Shown here: piece after piece, positions 39,551-50,149 of the stretch | Numbering within the stretch: position 1 is the first letter of the stretch | Layout: each line of letters opens with the position of its first letter | Origin: Macrostomum hystrix | Lineage: Eukaryota; Animalia; Platyhelminthes | Direction: 5' to 3' | DNA length: 64,000 bases | Assembly (NCBI GenBank): GCA_950097015.1 | Contig: CATNEN010000030.1 | Span: forward strand, 3,968,001-4,032,000 | Notes under the pieces: model-generated | Told to the model about the DNA's origin: nothing | What the model saw: the letters and a program-made list of their open reading frames with translations, nothing else | The model's database searches: none | Translations under genes and position numbers: made by a program

Positions 39551-41240
39551 GATATTGGATTGACTGGCGGAGCACCAATGGCCACAAGCGAGGAAGAGTC
39601 AGAGGCATCCAAAGTTGCAGTAGTGCACAATTCCAACAACTCCGGTGAGTCTGGGGCACCTCGGTGACCAGGTGAGGGGTAGCCTGAGTGACCAGGTGAG
39701 GGTAGCCTGAGTGACCAGGTGAGGGTAGCCTGAGTGACCAGGTGAGGGTAGCCTGAGTGACCAGTTGAGGGGTAGCCTGAGTGACCAGGTGAGGGGTAGC
39801 CTGAGTGACGAGGTGAGGGGTAGCCTGAGTGACGAGGTGAGGGGTAGCCTGAGTGACCAGGTGAGGGGTAGCCTGAGTGACCAGGTGAGGGGTAGCCTGA
39901 GTGACCAGGTGAGGGGTAGCCTGAGTGACCAGTTGAGGGGTAGCCTGAGTGACCAGGTGAGGGTAGCCTGAGTGACCAGGTGAGGGGTAGCCTGAGTGAC
40001 CAGTTGAGGGGTAGCCTGAGTGACCAGGTGAGGGGTAGCCTGGATGACCAGGTGAGGGGTAGCCTGAGTGACCAGTTGAGGGGTAGCCTGAGTGACCAGG
40101 TGAGGGGTAGCCTGAGTGACCAGTTGAGGGGTAGCCTGAGTGACCAGGTGAGGGGTAGCCTGAGTGACCAGGTGAGGGGTAGCCTGAGTGACCAGGTGAG
40201 GGGTAGCCTGAGTGACCAGGTGAGGGGTAGCCTGAGTGACCAGGTGAGGGGTAGCCTGAGTGACTAGGTGAGGGTAGCCTGAGTGACCAGGTGAGGGGTA
40301 GCCTGAGTGACCAGGTGAGGGGTAGCCTGAGTGACCAGGTGAGGGGTAGCCTGAGTGACCAGGTGAGGGGTAGCCTGAGTGACCAGGTGAGGGGTAGCCT
40401 GAGTGACCAGGTGAGGGGTAGCCTGAGTGACCAGGTGAGGGGTAGCCTGAGTGACCAGGTGAGGGGTAGCCTGAGTGACCAGGTGAGGGGTAGCCTGAGT
40501 GACCAGGTGAGGGGTAGCCTGAGTGACTAGGTGAGGGTAGCCTGAGTGACCAGGTGAGGGGTAGCCTGAGTGACCAGGTGAGGGGTAGCCTGAGTGACCA
40601 GGTGAGGGGTAGCCTGAGTGACCAGGTGAGGGTAGCCTGAGTGACCAGGTGAGGGGTAGCCTGAGTGACCAGGTGAGGGGTAGCCTGAGTGACCAGGTGA
40701 GGGGTAGCCTGAGTGACTAGGTGAGGGGTAGCCTGAGTGACCAGGTGAGGGGTAGCCTGAGTGACCAGGTGAGGGTAGCCTGAGTGACCAGGTGAGGGTA
40801 GCCTGAGTGACCAGTTGAGGGGTAGCCTGAGTGACCAGTTGAGGGGTAGCCTGAGTGACCAGGTGAGGGGTAGCCTGAGTGACCAGGTGAGGGGTAGCCT
40901 GAGTGACCAGGGGAGGGTAGCCTGAGTGACCAGGTGAGGGGTAGCCTGAGTGACGAGGTGAGGGGTAGCCTGAGTGACCAGGTGAGGGGTAGCCTGAGTG
41001 ACCAGTTGAGGGGTAGCCTGAGTGACCAGGTGAGGGGTAGCCTGAGTGACGAGGTGAGGGGTAGCCTGAGTGACCAGGTGAGGGTTAGGAGCAATAGACG
41101 CTTCTATCAGTGTTACTATTAGTAGAATGACACGCAGATGAGGTGCATTATTAAATAATTTTTTTTGTATTCGGTATTTACCTTTCTGCACCCTAAATCA
41201 ATCAGACCTCAGTATTCATCAGCTGGGCATTGGGGTGTGA
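17929..41240 (+). CDS. Shaw: Shaw-family (Kv3/KCNC-like) voltage-gated potassium channel
   Basis: Core exons 17929-18210 (T1 domain [28 protein letters not shown]), 27626-27853, 28703-29115 (S1-S4, [15 protein letters not shown]), 29239-29477 (S5 and pore TMTTVGYGD), 34076-34348 (S6 PVPVIVSNF). Less certain C-tail exons: 37601-37663, 38578-38949, 39453-39644 (polyQ), 41206-41240 (TGA). All phases match, giving 698 aa. The S4-S5 sequence is typical of invertebrate Shaw. Confidence 0.93.
18241..20410. repeat. 13-bp satellite, about 165 copies, at the start of Shaw intron 1
   Basis: Unit CTTAGAAGCTA(A/C)T. Confidence 0.97.
20800..21010 (+). mobile_element. SINE family A, 3'-truncated copy
   Basis: CTCTCGCACCAAGGTCCCTGAGCTCGATTCCGCGGCGAGGC...GGGGGCTTGTCGTACAATTTACGCCCTTGAGGGCC. 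Confidence 0.8.
21826..21858. repeat. (CA)n microsatellite
   Basis: Visible CA run. Confidence 0.9.
22080..23928. repeat. 16-bp satellite, about 115 copies, with a 688-bp higher-order duplication
   Basis: Units GAATTCCCAATCCACT and GAATTCCCAATTTAAT. Matching variant blocks recur 688 bp apart. Confidence 0.97.
24392..24657. repeat. Compound (CAG/CAA/CCA)n trinucleotide repeat
   Basis: GCA/ACA/CCA runs directly upstream of the RT fragment. Confidence 0.9.
24658..25205 (+). mobile_element. Non-LTR retrotransposon reverse transcriptase fragment (I/Jockey-like), disrupted
   Basis: Translates to [39 protein letters not shown]...[13 protein letters not shown]...LDFS/YDKVW...[14 protein letters not shown]...GLPQ. 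It is frameshifted by a 14-bp triplication at 24976-25015 and ends before the YADD motif. Confidence 0.9.
26278..26442. repeat. 33-bp tandem repeat, 5 copies
   Basis: Unit ACAGGGTACAGACAGGCAATGCAACATCAGAAG. Confidence 0.9.
27935..28657. repeat. 55-bp tandem repeat, about 13 copies, filling Shaw intron 2
   Basis: Unit ATCGATG(T/C)CCCATTGTGAGCGTCTTATCAGTT(CCCC/TCAT)AAACATCCGAACCTAAGAG. Confidence 0.95.
29548..34010. repeat. 29-bp (some 32-bp) satellite, about 150 copies, filling Shaw intron 4
   Basis: Unit AAATCCTCCAGAAAGCTACTCCCT(G/C)CCTC. It gives rise to the spurious 1500-aa ORF. Confidence 0.97.
34855..36555. repeat. 21-bp and 19-bp interleaved minisatellite with a 532-bp higher-order duplication
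   Basis: Units AGTTGAAGGACCAGGTGTAGC and AGTTGAAGGACAGCTTATC, forming 40-bp dimers. The GACACCTTCAGC variant occurs at 35364 and 35896. Confidence 0.95.
38111..38415 (+). mobile_element. tRNA-derived CORE-type SINE (family C)
   Basis: A box TAGCCTTGCGG and B box GGTTCGATTCT. These are followed by GTGTCCTTTAGCGAGACACTTAACTCTGCATTGCTTCAGTTCACCCAGCCGTTAAATGGGTGCCAG, which resembles the CORE domain, then an ATT-rich tail. Confidence 0.7.
39476..39550 (+). repeat. (CAG)24 CAA coding polyglutamine tract
   Basis: Uninterrupted CAG run within candidate Shaw exon 39453-39644. Confidence 0.85.
39663..41085. repeat. 24/23-bp minisatellite, about 59 copies
   Basis: Unit GAGTGACCAGGTGAGGG(G)TAGCCT. Confidence 0.97.
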
Positions 41241-41584
41241 GCTTTTATAAATAATAATCTGTGCTTTTAGTCTGGCACTTTGTGTCTAGTGACATTTGTG
41301 CAATAACAGTTTTACTGCTGAAGACTGTGTATAAACATGGTGTTTATCATCCGTCATATATGAAGCTGCTACCACAATGGATTGTGATGAAATGACATAG
41401 GTCACGCATTAATCACATCATGCCTTGGCTGAGAACTAAAGCAGCACTACAAATCGTTAGCTTTTATTGTTACTGACTGTTACGAGAATAATGTCACTAT
41501 TCAAATAAACTAACGGTTAAACAAAGGGCAGGTAAGAAAGAGTATGTACAATAAGCGTGTATTAGGTGCGTGTACATCGAACCC

Positions 41585-42020
41585 ATTGTGTACAGAACAG
41601 ATCTCTCAGAACTAATTTTGTACACAGCAGATCTCTCAGAACCCACTGTACAGAACAGATCTCTCAGAACCCACTGTACAGAACAGATCTCTCAGAACCC
41701 ACTGTACAGAACAGATCTCTTAGAACCCATTGTGTACAGAACAGATCTCTCAGAACCAACTGTGTACAGAACAGATCTCTCAGAACCAACTGTGTACAGA
41801 ACAGATCTCTCAGAACCCACTGTACAGAACAGATCTCTCAGAACCAACTGTACAGAACAGATCTCTCAGAACCCACTGTACAGAACAGATCTCTCAGAAC
41901 CCACTGTACAGAACAGATCTCTCAGAACCCACTGTACAGAACAGATCTCTCAGAACCCACTGTACAGAACAGATCTCTCAGAACTCACTGTACAGAACAG
42001 ATCTCTCAGAACCCATTGGG
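41585..42020. repeat. 28/30-bp minisatellite, about 15 copies
   Basis: Unit TGTACAGAACAGATCTCTCAGAACCCAC. Confidence 0.95.
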
Positions 42021-42635
42021 TAAAAAACAGATCTACCTCAGCTCATAGCCACTAACTTAATCCCAATATCCATCTCCGCATTGTCAGCAGTTTCATCGGA
42101 CAGTCCGTCAGCCGTACCCGGAGCTGGCCAGTCACCGCCAAGAGCGTCCAATGCGTGATTACGTAATTCGTCAGCATTTTGAATTGCACCTGTAGATTCG
42201 ACTATTAGTAGCGTCTTGATTACGCTCGGCAAAAAAAATTAATGGGGCTTTCCTCGAATATGAAACAATCTAAAAACATAAAATCAATACTTCCTGTAAC
42301 ATTTCCATGACCACTTGTGCGAGTATTTGCTTCTCATAGCAACACTGTTGCTTGCTGACGTTATGCTTTTGAATAAAGTCTAATTATTTATGTGTGTTTA
42401 CTGAATCATTTTTACTCGTCTCCATAGTTGAAAAATGAGCAGACTGAATTATTCTAATGAAAGATTTCTTCTTACTATACGCATGCTGTTGTTTCAACTT
42501 TAAGCATTTACTGAGCAACGAGTAGAAGCAAAACTATTGATAAAAATAATATATTGTCTGCAATATTTCACCTAAATCGACAACAATGTTTCTTTCACTT
42601 TTTCGAGCTATTTCATTGATCCCTTTTTGTCACTC

Positions 42636-42995
42636 AGAACCCTTAGTGTCACAGATGTGTAAGAACCCATAGAGTGTCACAGGTGTGTCAGAACCCATAG
42701 AGTGTCACAGGTGTATCAGAACCCATAGAGTGTCACGGGTGAGTCAGAACCCATAGAGTGTCACAGGTGAGTCGGAACCCATAGAGTGTCACAGGTGAGT
42801 CAGAAGCCATAGAGTGTCACAGGTGAGTCGGAACAAATAGAGTGTCACAGGTGAGTCAGAACCCATGGAGTGTCACAAGTGAGTCAGAAGCCATAGAGTG
42901 TCACAGGTGAGTCAGAAGCCATAGAGTGTCACAGGTGAGTCAGAACCCATAGAGTGTCACAGATGCGTGGAAACCCACAGTGTCGCGGGTGACTC
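42636..42995. repeat. 28-bp minisatellite, about 13 copies
   Basis: Unit CAGAACCCATAGAGTGTCACAGGTGAGT. Confidence 0.93.
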
Positions 42996-43741
42996 AGTGA
43001 TTTTAAAAGCTATATATCACAGCTGTTTAATGGAGCTAAAAGCTCAGAATTTCTAAGCGTCTAAGCGCGACTAGCGGTAGGAAATGTAGACGTCTAGTTT
43101 GCGCTGCCAGCATCCTCGCCGCCTCGGACTGTAAACTTTGTCAATAGTAGATTGATCAATATATTGTTTGATGCAAATGCTTCCGTATTTAAAAAAGCGG
43201 CATTGCATTTGATACCGTCAGCGGCATTTTATCAAGGCAGATAGTTCTGCTGGAACTACATTTCTACGAGATAATTGCTTCAGTAGTGCAGGATAATATT
43301 ACCTGGCAACTATGACAGTGGCTAAAATTCTCAATTATTACCCAAAGTGTACACTCACGCAAGCAGAGTGATATGCACCAAAACTTCACAAGTTTTAGTA
43401 GGCCGCATAGCTAAAAGCAACAAGCTGTGACAACATCAGCAATTCAATCCATCAATGAATTCCCGTGTTTGATGCTGCCATTAAAATAACATTTTTACGG
43501 CTACGGAAATGAAACATGAATCAAAGTTTGTAGCAATTGTGTGAAACGGCTGTTCTCAATCGTTTGATGAAGCGATGAGGTCTGGCAGGGCCTTTAGGAG
43601 GGCCAACGGAGCAGCGATGGCTCCAGTTTTGGATTCGCGTCCCTCACTTTATTGACTGAGAAAACATGGCGAGAGAGGAGAAATAAATTGCTCAGAAAAA
43701 TAGAAGCCAAAATACAAAGAACGTACCCCCGCTAACGCACT

Positions 43742-43755
43742 GTTGCTATGGCAAC
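43742..43755. promoter_or_regulatory. RFX X-box motif GTTGCTATGGCAAC
   Basis: 14-bp near-palindrome one base from the X-box consensus GTTGCCATGGCAAC, about 1.2 kb upstream of the DEG/ENaC ATG and just 5' of a UTR-like segment. Confidence 0.6.
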
Positions 43756-44084
43756 GGAATCACATGACCCTCGGTTGCAAGCACTTCTGTCTTTTCCTTC
43801 ACACTCAGCCTAGCCTCCAGTCAGAGCCAACAGGCCGATCACATTTTCTTCAAGTCGTTTCTTCTGGCCGAAATCAAGCGGATCAGCTTCTAGATTGATC
43901 TAGTTCTGTCTGGTGTGCGTCTTATTCGCTTCTGTGCCTCATTCTTTGCTAGCACTTTTTTCGAGACATATCGGATCAAAGTATTTCGGCTATTAAAAAC
44001 CCCTTGGGACACAAAAAACTCTTTATGGTCCAATGGAACTGCTTGTTTATCCAAAATTTGTCCTTGAGCAAGATTCTTAATTCC

Positions 44085-44482
44085 CCTCAGCTGGTCACTC
44101 AGGCTACCCCTCAGCTGGTCACTCAGGCTACCCTCACCTGGTCACTCAGGCTACCCTCACCTGGTCACTCAGGCTACCCTCACCTGGTCACTCAGGCTAC
44201 CCTCACCTGGTCACTCAGGCTACCCTCACCTGGTCACTCAGGCTACCCTCACCTAGTCACTCAGGCTACCCTCACCTGGTCACTCAGGCTACCCTCACCT
44301 GGTCACTCAGGCTACCCTCACCTAGTCACTCAGGCTACCCTCACCTAGTCACTCAGGCTACCCTCACCTAGTCACTCAGGCTACCCTCACCTGGTCACTC
44401 AGGCTACCCTCACCTAGTCACTCAGGCTACCCTCACCTAGTCACTCAGGCTACCCTCACCTAGTCACTCAGGCTACCCTCAC
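44085..44482. repeat. 23-bp minisatellite, about 17 copies; reverse complement of the 39663-41085 unit
   Basis: Unit CCTCACCT(G/A)GTCACTCAGGCTAC. Confidence 0.95.
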
Positions 44483-44964
44483 CTGTTCATCAGTTCCTGT
44501 GTTCGAGTCCGCAGCGTGGCTCTTAATATTTCGAGGGCAGATTTGTAAGCCATCTTGTCCTATACAAAACCCTGCTACTCTGCTGCGAAAGGAAATTAAG
44601 AATGCAATAAAAGTCTAGAAAGTAGAGACAACAGACCCCGTGGTCACCAAAGCGTGTCTCATTGTACCTATATTTTTAGGAAGTTAAAACGCTGACAAAC
44701 CGTGGACCAAGTAAGCTAATTTATTATCAGAACAAAGGCAACCAACAACCAATTAGCTCTAATTAGACTTCATTCATAAAATAGCTAAACGATTCCCTTG
44801 CTTCAATAATCGATGAGTTAACCCCCCAACACAAAATGCTTTCCCACCGCCATTGGCTGTCCTATGCCAGCAGTCCGCGCCAGCAAGGATAAAAGGCCTT
44901 GGATCCAAGTTCAGTGCAGCGCAGTCCAGTTCATCATCTCAGCTCTCCCCAAATCAACCAAGCA

Positions 44965-47900
44965 ATGGAGATCGGTGTCCAGTCAATCAACGAGTTTGTG
45001 CGGTCAACCACAGCGCACGGCTTTAATAGGGCCTACGAGAGCCAGTCCATGCCGATTCGCTGCATGTGGCTGATCTTCCTCCTAGCTTCAATGGGCGGCT
45101 TCGGTTATAACCTGGCCCTGCTTGTCACCAACTACATGTCAACTCCAATATCGGCCACGATTTCACCTGGCGCCATTCAGTTTCAGACTCCGGACATCAC
45201 TCTGTGCTCTGTGGCGCCTGTGTCTTCTACAAACTATTACGAAACTGTCACCAAGAGGCCGGATGTGTTCGGCCAGATGTACGCCCAGGCCACTGCCGTG
45301 CAGACCAACGTTGTCACCAAGGGGCTGGAACTGTCCTCCGACATCCTGCTGCAGGTTGGTGCCTGCGTCCCAGCTGGCGAGTCTTCTCATCGTCTCATCT
45401 CGTGTGTACTTCTGTACAGTCCATGGACTGGGCAGGCCGCCACACCAACCCGAATTTGTGCCCCCAGCTCATGCTGCTCACCAACCCATTTTACAGCCGA
45501 GCAAACTGAAGCGATAGGGAATTAATAGTCTAGCTCAAAGGTACCAATTGTCTACCTTGGATTGAGATTAGAACTCCCGAGAACTAAGGGCACCCGACAA
45601 ATAACTTGGTAATATGTTTAAAAAGTGAATTGCGTCGTTTATTTTTAAGTTTATTTTCTCCACTATAATTATCTTCTCCATTAATAACAAAAATAATTGC
45701 CGGAGGGCTGCAGGCAATGGCCTTAATTTAGCGACACTAGACCTGCAGCCAGCGAAGAGACAATTCTGCCCGTTTCGCTGATTCCTGAGCACACATGCAC
45801 ACAGATACCGTACGCAGGCTCATGCTCACACAGGTGTGTACATCTGCCCTGACTTTCTCATCTTCAGGCAGTGTACACTTCACTGTGCCTTGTTGGTTGG
45901 CCCTCAAGGGCGTAAATTGTACGACAAGCCCCCAAGCCTTCTCTCCGCGTCTCCGTCTCAACTGAATGTGGCCTCGCCGCTGAATCGAGCTCAGGGACCT
46001 TGCTGCGAGAGGCAAACGGGTTAACCGCCCAACCACTCACCCCCTTCTCTCAGTTGGTGGGGAAGTTGCTATAATCTCATTTCATCTCAATTTCCTTTTA
46101 CAACTCTCCAAGATTTCGTCTCGTCTCACCTCGAGTTCGAAACCTCTCAATTCCAGGTTTCCCGCGATGTTTTCGACTCGAACCTGCTGCTGAAATACCT
46201 GGGCCACAAGCAGGAGTGGTTCATTGTGCGCTGCCGCTACAAGGGCATCAGCTGCAGCTTCGCGGACTTCAGCGGCTTCTGGGACAGCAAGTTCGGCAAC
46301 TGCTTCCGGTTCCAGCCATCGGACCAGCTGGTCAATGCGACCAAGGACATTGTGGAGTTCAAGCTGGATCTTGTGAGTTCGCTAGATGTGCCTTGACGCT
46401 TTGGACAATACAAATCTATTTTTAGCTTTGTTCATCTCCGTAAAACGCCAGATTCTGTTCACCGACACGGCACCGGTTGTGTCGAACGAAAACAGCCAAA
46501 CAATCTACAGCATGCTGACCGCGGGCATCACCTTCGAGGGCGAGTATGACGCTTCCAAATCCGGCGGCGCCATCCTGTTCTATGGCGACAAGGATCACTA
46601 CCCGAGGGACTACATAAACCTGTCACCCGGTGTGCAGTCCTATGTGAACTTCCAGATGGTTGAGCATCGGTGAGTAGAGGACTTAAAGAGGCCATGAACT
46701 AGTCTAAAACACTATCCTTTTGGTCAATATATAGAGTGTTTCTAGGGGGCAAGAGTACAAGAAAAGCCTAGCAAGCATGCATTAGGAGGGGATCACTTGA
46801 CGCTTCAAAATTTGTTTATGGCCCGATTACAAAAGTTTTGTTAAATTTATTGCGGACTAGAAAAATCAAGGAAGTCTCTAAACAGCACCTGCTCTGTTTG
46901 AGCACGAACATTGATCACAAAAGAGTGTCACAGGTAAATCAGAAGCCATAGAGTGTCACAAGTGAATCGCAACCCATAGAGTGTCACAGGTGAGTCAGAA
47001 GCCATAGAGTGTCACAAGTGAATCACAACCCATAGAGTGTCACAGGTAAATCAGAAGCCATAGAGTGTCACAAGTGAATCACAACCCATAGAGTGTCACA
47101 GGTGAGTCAGAAGCCATAGAGTGTCACAGGTGAATCACAACCCATTGAGTGTCACAGGTGAGTCAGAAGCGATAGTGTCACAGGTGAGTCAGAACCCATA
47201 GTGTCACAGGTGAGTCAGAAGCCATAGAGTGTCACAGGTGAATCACAACCCATTGAGTGTCACAGGTGAGTCAGAAGCCATAGAGTGTCACAAGTGAATC
47301 ACAACCCATAGAGTGTCACAGGTAAATCAGAAGCCATAGAGTGTCACAAGTGAATCACAACCCATAGAGTGTCACAGGTGAGTCAGAAGCCATAGAGTGT
47401 CACAGGTGAATCACAACCCATTGAGTGTCACAGGTGAGTCAGAAGCGATAGTGTCACAGGTGAGTCAGAACCCATAGTGTCACAGGTGAGTCAGAAGCCA
47501 TAGAGTGTCACAGGTGAATCACAACCCATTGAGTGTCACAGGTGAGTCAGAAGCGATAGTGTCACAGGTGAGTCAGAAGCGATAGTGTCACAGGTGAGTC
47601 AGAACCCATAGTGTCACAGGTGAGTCAGAACCCATAGTGTCACAGGTGAGTCAGAACCCATAGTGTCACAGGTGAGTCAGAACCCATAGTGTCACAGGTG
47701 AGTCAGAACCCATAGTGTCACAGGTGAGTCAGAACCCATAGAGTGTCACAGGTGAGTCAGAACCCATAGTGTCACAGGTGAGTCAGAACCCATAGTGTCA
47801 CCACAGGTGAATCAGAACCCATAGTGTCACAGGTGAGTCAGAACCCATAGTGTCACAGGTGAGTCAGAACCCATAGTGTCACAGGTGAGTCAGAACCCAT

Positions 47901-50149
47901 AGTGTCACCACAGGTGAGTCAGAACACATTGAGTTTTATAGTCGAGTCAGAACTCAATGAGTATAGAAGGTTCCAGGCATTTAGGTTTATACGAGTATTT
48001 CCAACCAAAAGTAAGCCGATTTTCATTTCTCGCTTCAAAGAAAGCAAGCAACTCATAAAGGTTTTGAAACAAGGCTAAAACCTCCCGTCTCATTTGTATC
48101 CATAGGCCATGCAATCACCTTTCCTCTAGAAAAAAAGACTCGAAAAATGGAGCTACAAAAGCAGTGGAGGATAAGAACTTAGGGAGAATTTTTTCAAGCG
48201 AAATGTGAGACTCAGCAGTCTAGATGCAATCCGATACCTGCATGGCCTACCTGTTGTAATCTGGTCTCTGTGATTGCAGTCGACAACACGGAGGTGGCTG
48301 TGAGAGACGAGAGTCGGGGCACCGGATTCTAGAAGTTTGAGAAGCAGTGATCGATGGCCCAATTAATTGCTCCTGAGTTCTTGGCATGTTTTCTCAAAGC
48401 GAACGGAGCATTTGCAGTTTTTTTAGTCTCGCTGTTAGCAGAGACAAAGGTGTTTTTTGCTGAGTGATGCCTAATTTAGCGAGTTGGGGTGCCTCATTGC
48501 ACCACGAATGGTCAGTGGGCTGAGGTTTCAAAAAGCGAAAAACTTTCCTTTAAAAAATTACCTTGTCCCATGAAGTAAGTCTGAATGCAGCAATTAGGGG
48601 ATTTTGATTTGCGTTAATTTCCCAATCGTTTTTGACACAGGGAAAATATTGAGACCAGCTGAGTTGTAATAACCTGCTCAAGGACCTGAGACATTGTGAA
48701 GACTTAGTGAAATACTAATACGTCTGGGACAATCCACTAAAGGACTGGGGTATTGAGACTACCAAACCACTAGACCACCCGGGTTGTGATAACCTTCTGA
48801 GGGACTGGGGGATTGTGACGACCTAGTTAATGACGGTTAGTCTTTCATTGGTTGTGACAACACACGGTATGGAAGCGGATACCAATTAAAGGACCTTGGC
48901 GCCGACGCAACAGTAGTTATTTAGCTTAGTAATTTAGGCTCCAAGTCCCAGTTAGGGTTCTGACAAGAATTGTGGCTCACAATGACCTCGATATTCCCAC
49001 AGCTACGTGAACCGCGACTCAAAGCCGTGCAAGAACGACAACGGCTTCGTCTACTACGAGGACTCCTCGGCGAGCCGCATTCGCTTCATTCGCAACCGCA
49101 TCGACTGCCAGTACCGCATGCTGCTGGACAAAATCCTGACCGACTGCAACTGCTTCTCCACCCGAATAGCGCCGCCCTACACCACCGCCGCCGAGCGTCT
49201 GAACGCCAGCCGTTGCCAGTACCTGGACAGCTCCACCAACAAAACCGCGTTCATTGTTAAACGAAACTGCGAGAAGCTGCGCATAGAGACGAAGAGCACA
49301 TACTTCAATCAGATTGTGGCCCAGTGCGTGCCAAACTGCATTGAACGAATCTACACACCGGTCATCTCCATGACCTCCTGGCCGTTGAACAGTCTGGCAG
49401 TCACGTGCAAGGACAGCGTGTTGAACGAGGCCATCAACCGGCTGTTAGCCAACAATGTCTCAGTGCCGGACACCTTCTACTACTTCCTGCGCAACCTTAC
49501 CTCGGTTGCTGACGTCCAGCGCGACTTTTCCAGCAACTTTGCTCAGGTCAGTCTGGGAGCCTACACGGCTTTCAGCGAGCTGGTGAAGGAGACCGAGTCG
49601 GTCCAGATATTCGACCTGTTCTCCAGCATCGGCGGCATTCTCGGGCTCTACCTGGGCATGTCCCTGCTAACAGTCTGCGAGCTTTGCGAACTGTTCTTCG
49701 TTGTCATCGCCGAGCTTCAGACAGCAGCGAAGGGCTACAAAGATCGCAAGCAGTGGAAGACCCAGCTGCGACACAAGCGTCAGGCCGCGATTCGAGCCCT
49801 GAGCCGAGTTCTAGCCGTCCAGGAGGTTGACGACCCCGAGAAGGTCAGCGGCTCGGACGCCAGTATGGACACCGGGCGCACTTCGGACACCAGCCTAGCC
49901 GGAGACGACCTGCCGACTGGCATGACGAAGCCTCAGACAAAGGTTGACCAGAAGGCGCCGAAGCCGGCTCGGTTTCCGTCAGTGAGCCGGATGCAGATGA
50001 TCAAGCGGCAGGAGGCGACCGCGCGGAAGGCCCCGCCGCAGTTGCAGGCGCACTCCCAGCCGCAGCGAGCCCCGCCAGCTCAGCAGGGAAAGCCACGCGT
50101 GGCTCGAGTGGTTCCGGCTATGCCCGGACAGCCGGTGTACCGGGACTGA
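44965..50149 (+). CDS. DEG/ENaC (amiloride-sensitive sodium channel/ASIC superfamily) subunit
   Basis: Exons 44965-45354, 46157-46372, 46452-46669, 49003-50149 join in frame (656 aa). N-terminal STTAHG motif, TM1 (CMWLIFLLASMGGFGYNL), TPDITLC, FGNCFRF, Cys-rich thumb (CQYRMLLDKILTDCNC...C...C...CVPNC), TM2 FSSIGGILGLYLGMSLLTVCEL. Confidence 0.92.
45698..46044 (-). mobile_element. SINE family A, full-length copy in DEG/ENaC intron 1
   Basis: Minus-strand head GGGGTGAGTGGTTGGGCGG (A box), GAGCTCGATTC (B-box-like), complete body and tail. Confidence 0.85.
46925..47930. repeat. 28/26-bp minisatellite, about 37 copies, in DEG/ENaC intron 3; same family as 42636-42995
   Basis: Unit CAGAACCCAT(AG)AGTGTCACAGGTGAGT, with variants. 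Confidence 0.95.

Noticed and set aside
39599-41191. 530-aa minus-strand ORF and overlapping RGSLSDQV ORFs
   Set aside because: Translation of the 24/23-bp minisatellite.
45420-45509. Possible extra DEG/ENaC exon after TACAG at 45419 (SMDWAGRHTNPNLCPQ...)
   Set aside because: There is no credible downstream donor before an in-frame TGA, and exon 1 already joins exon 46157 in frame.
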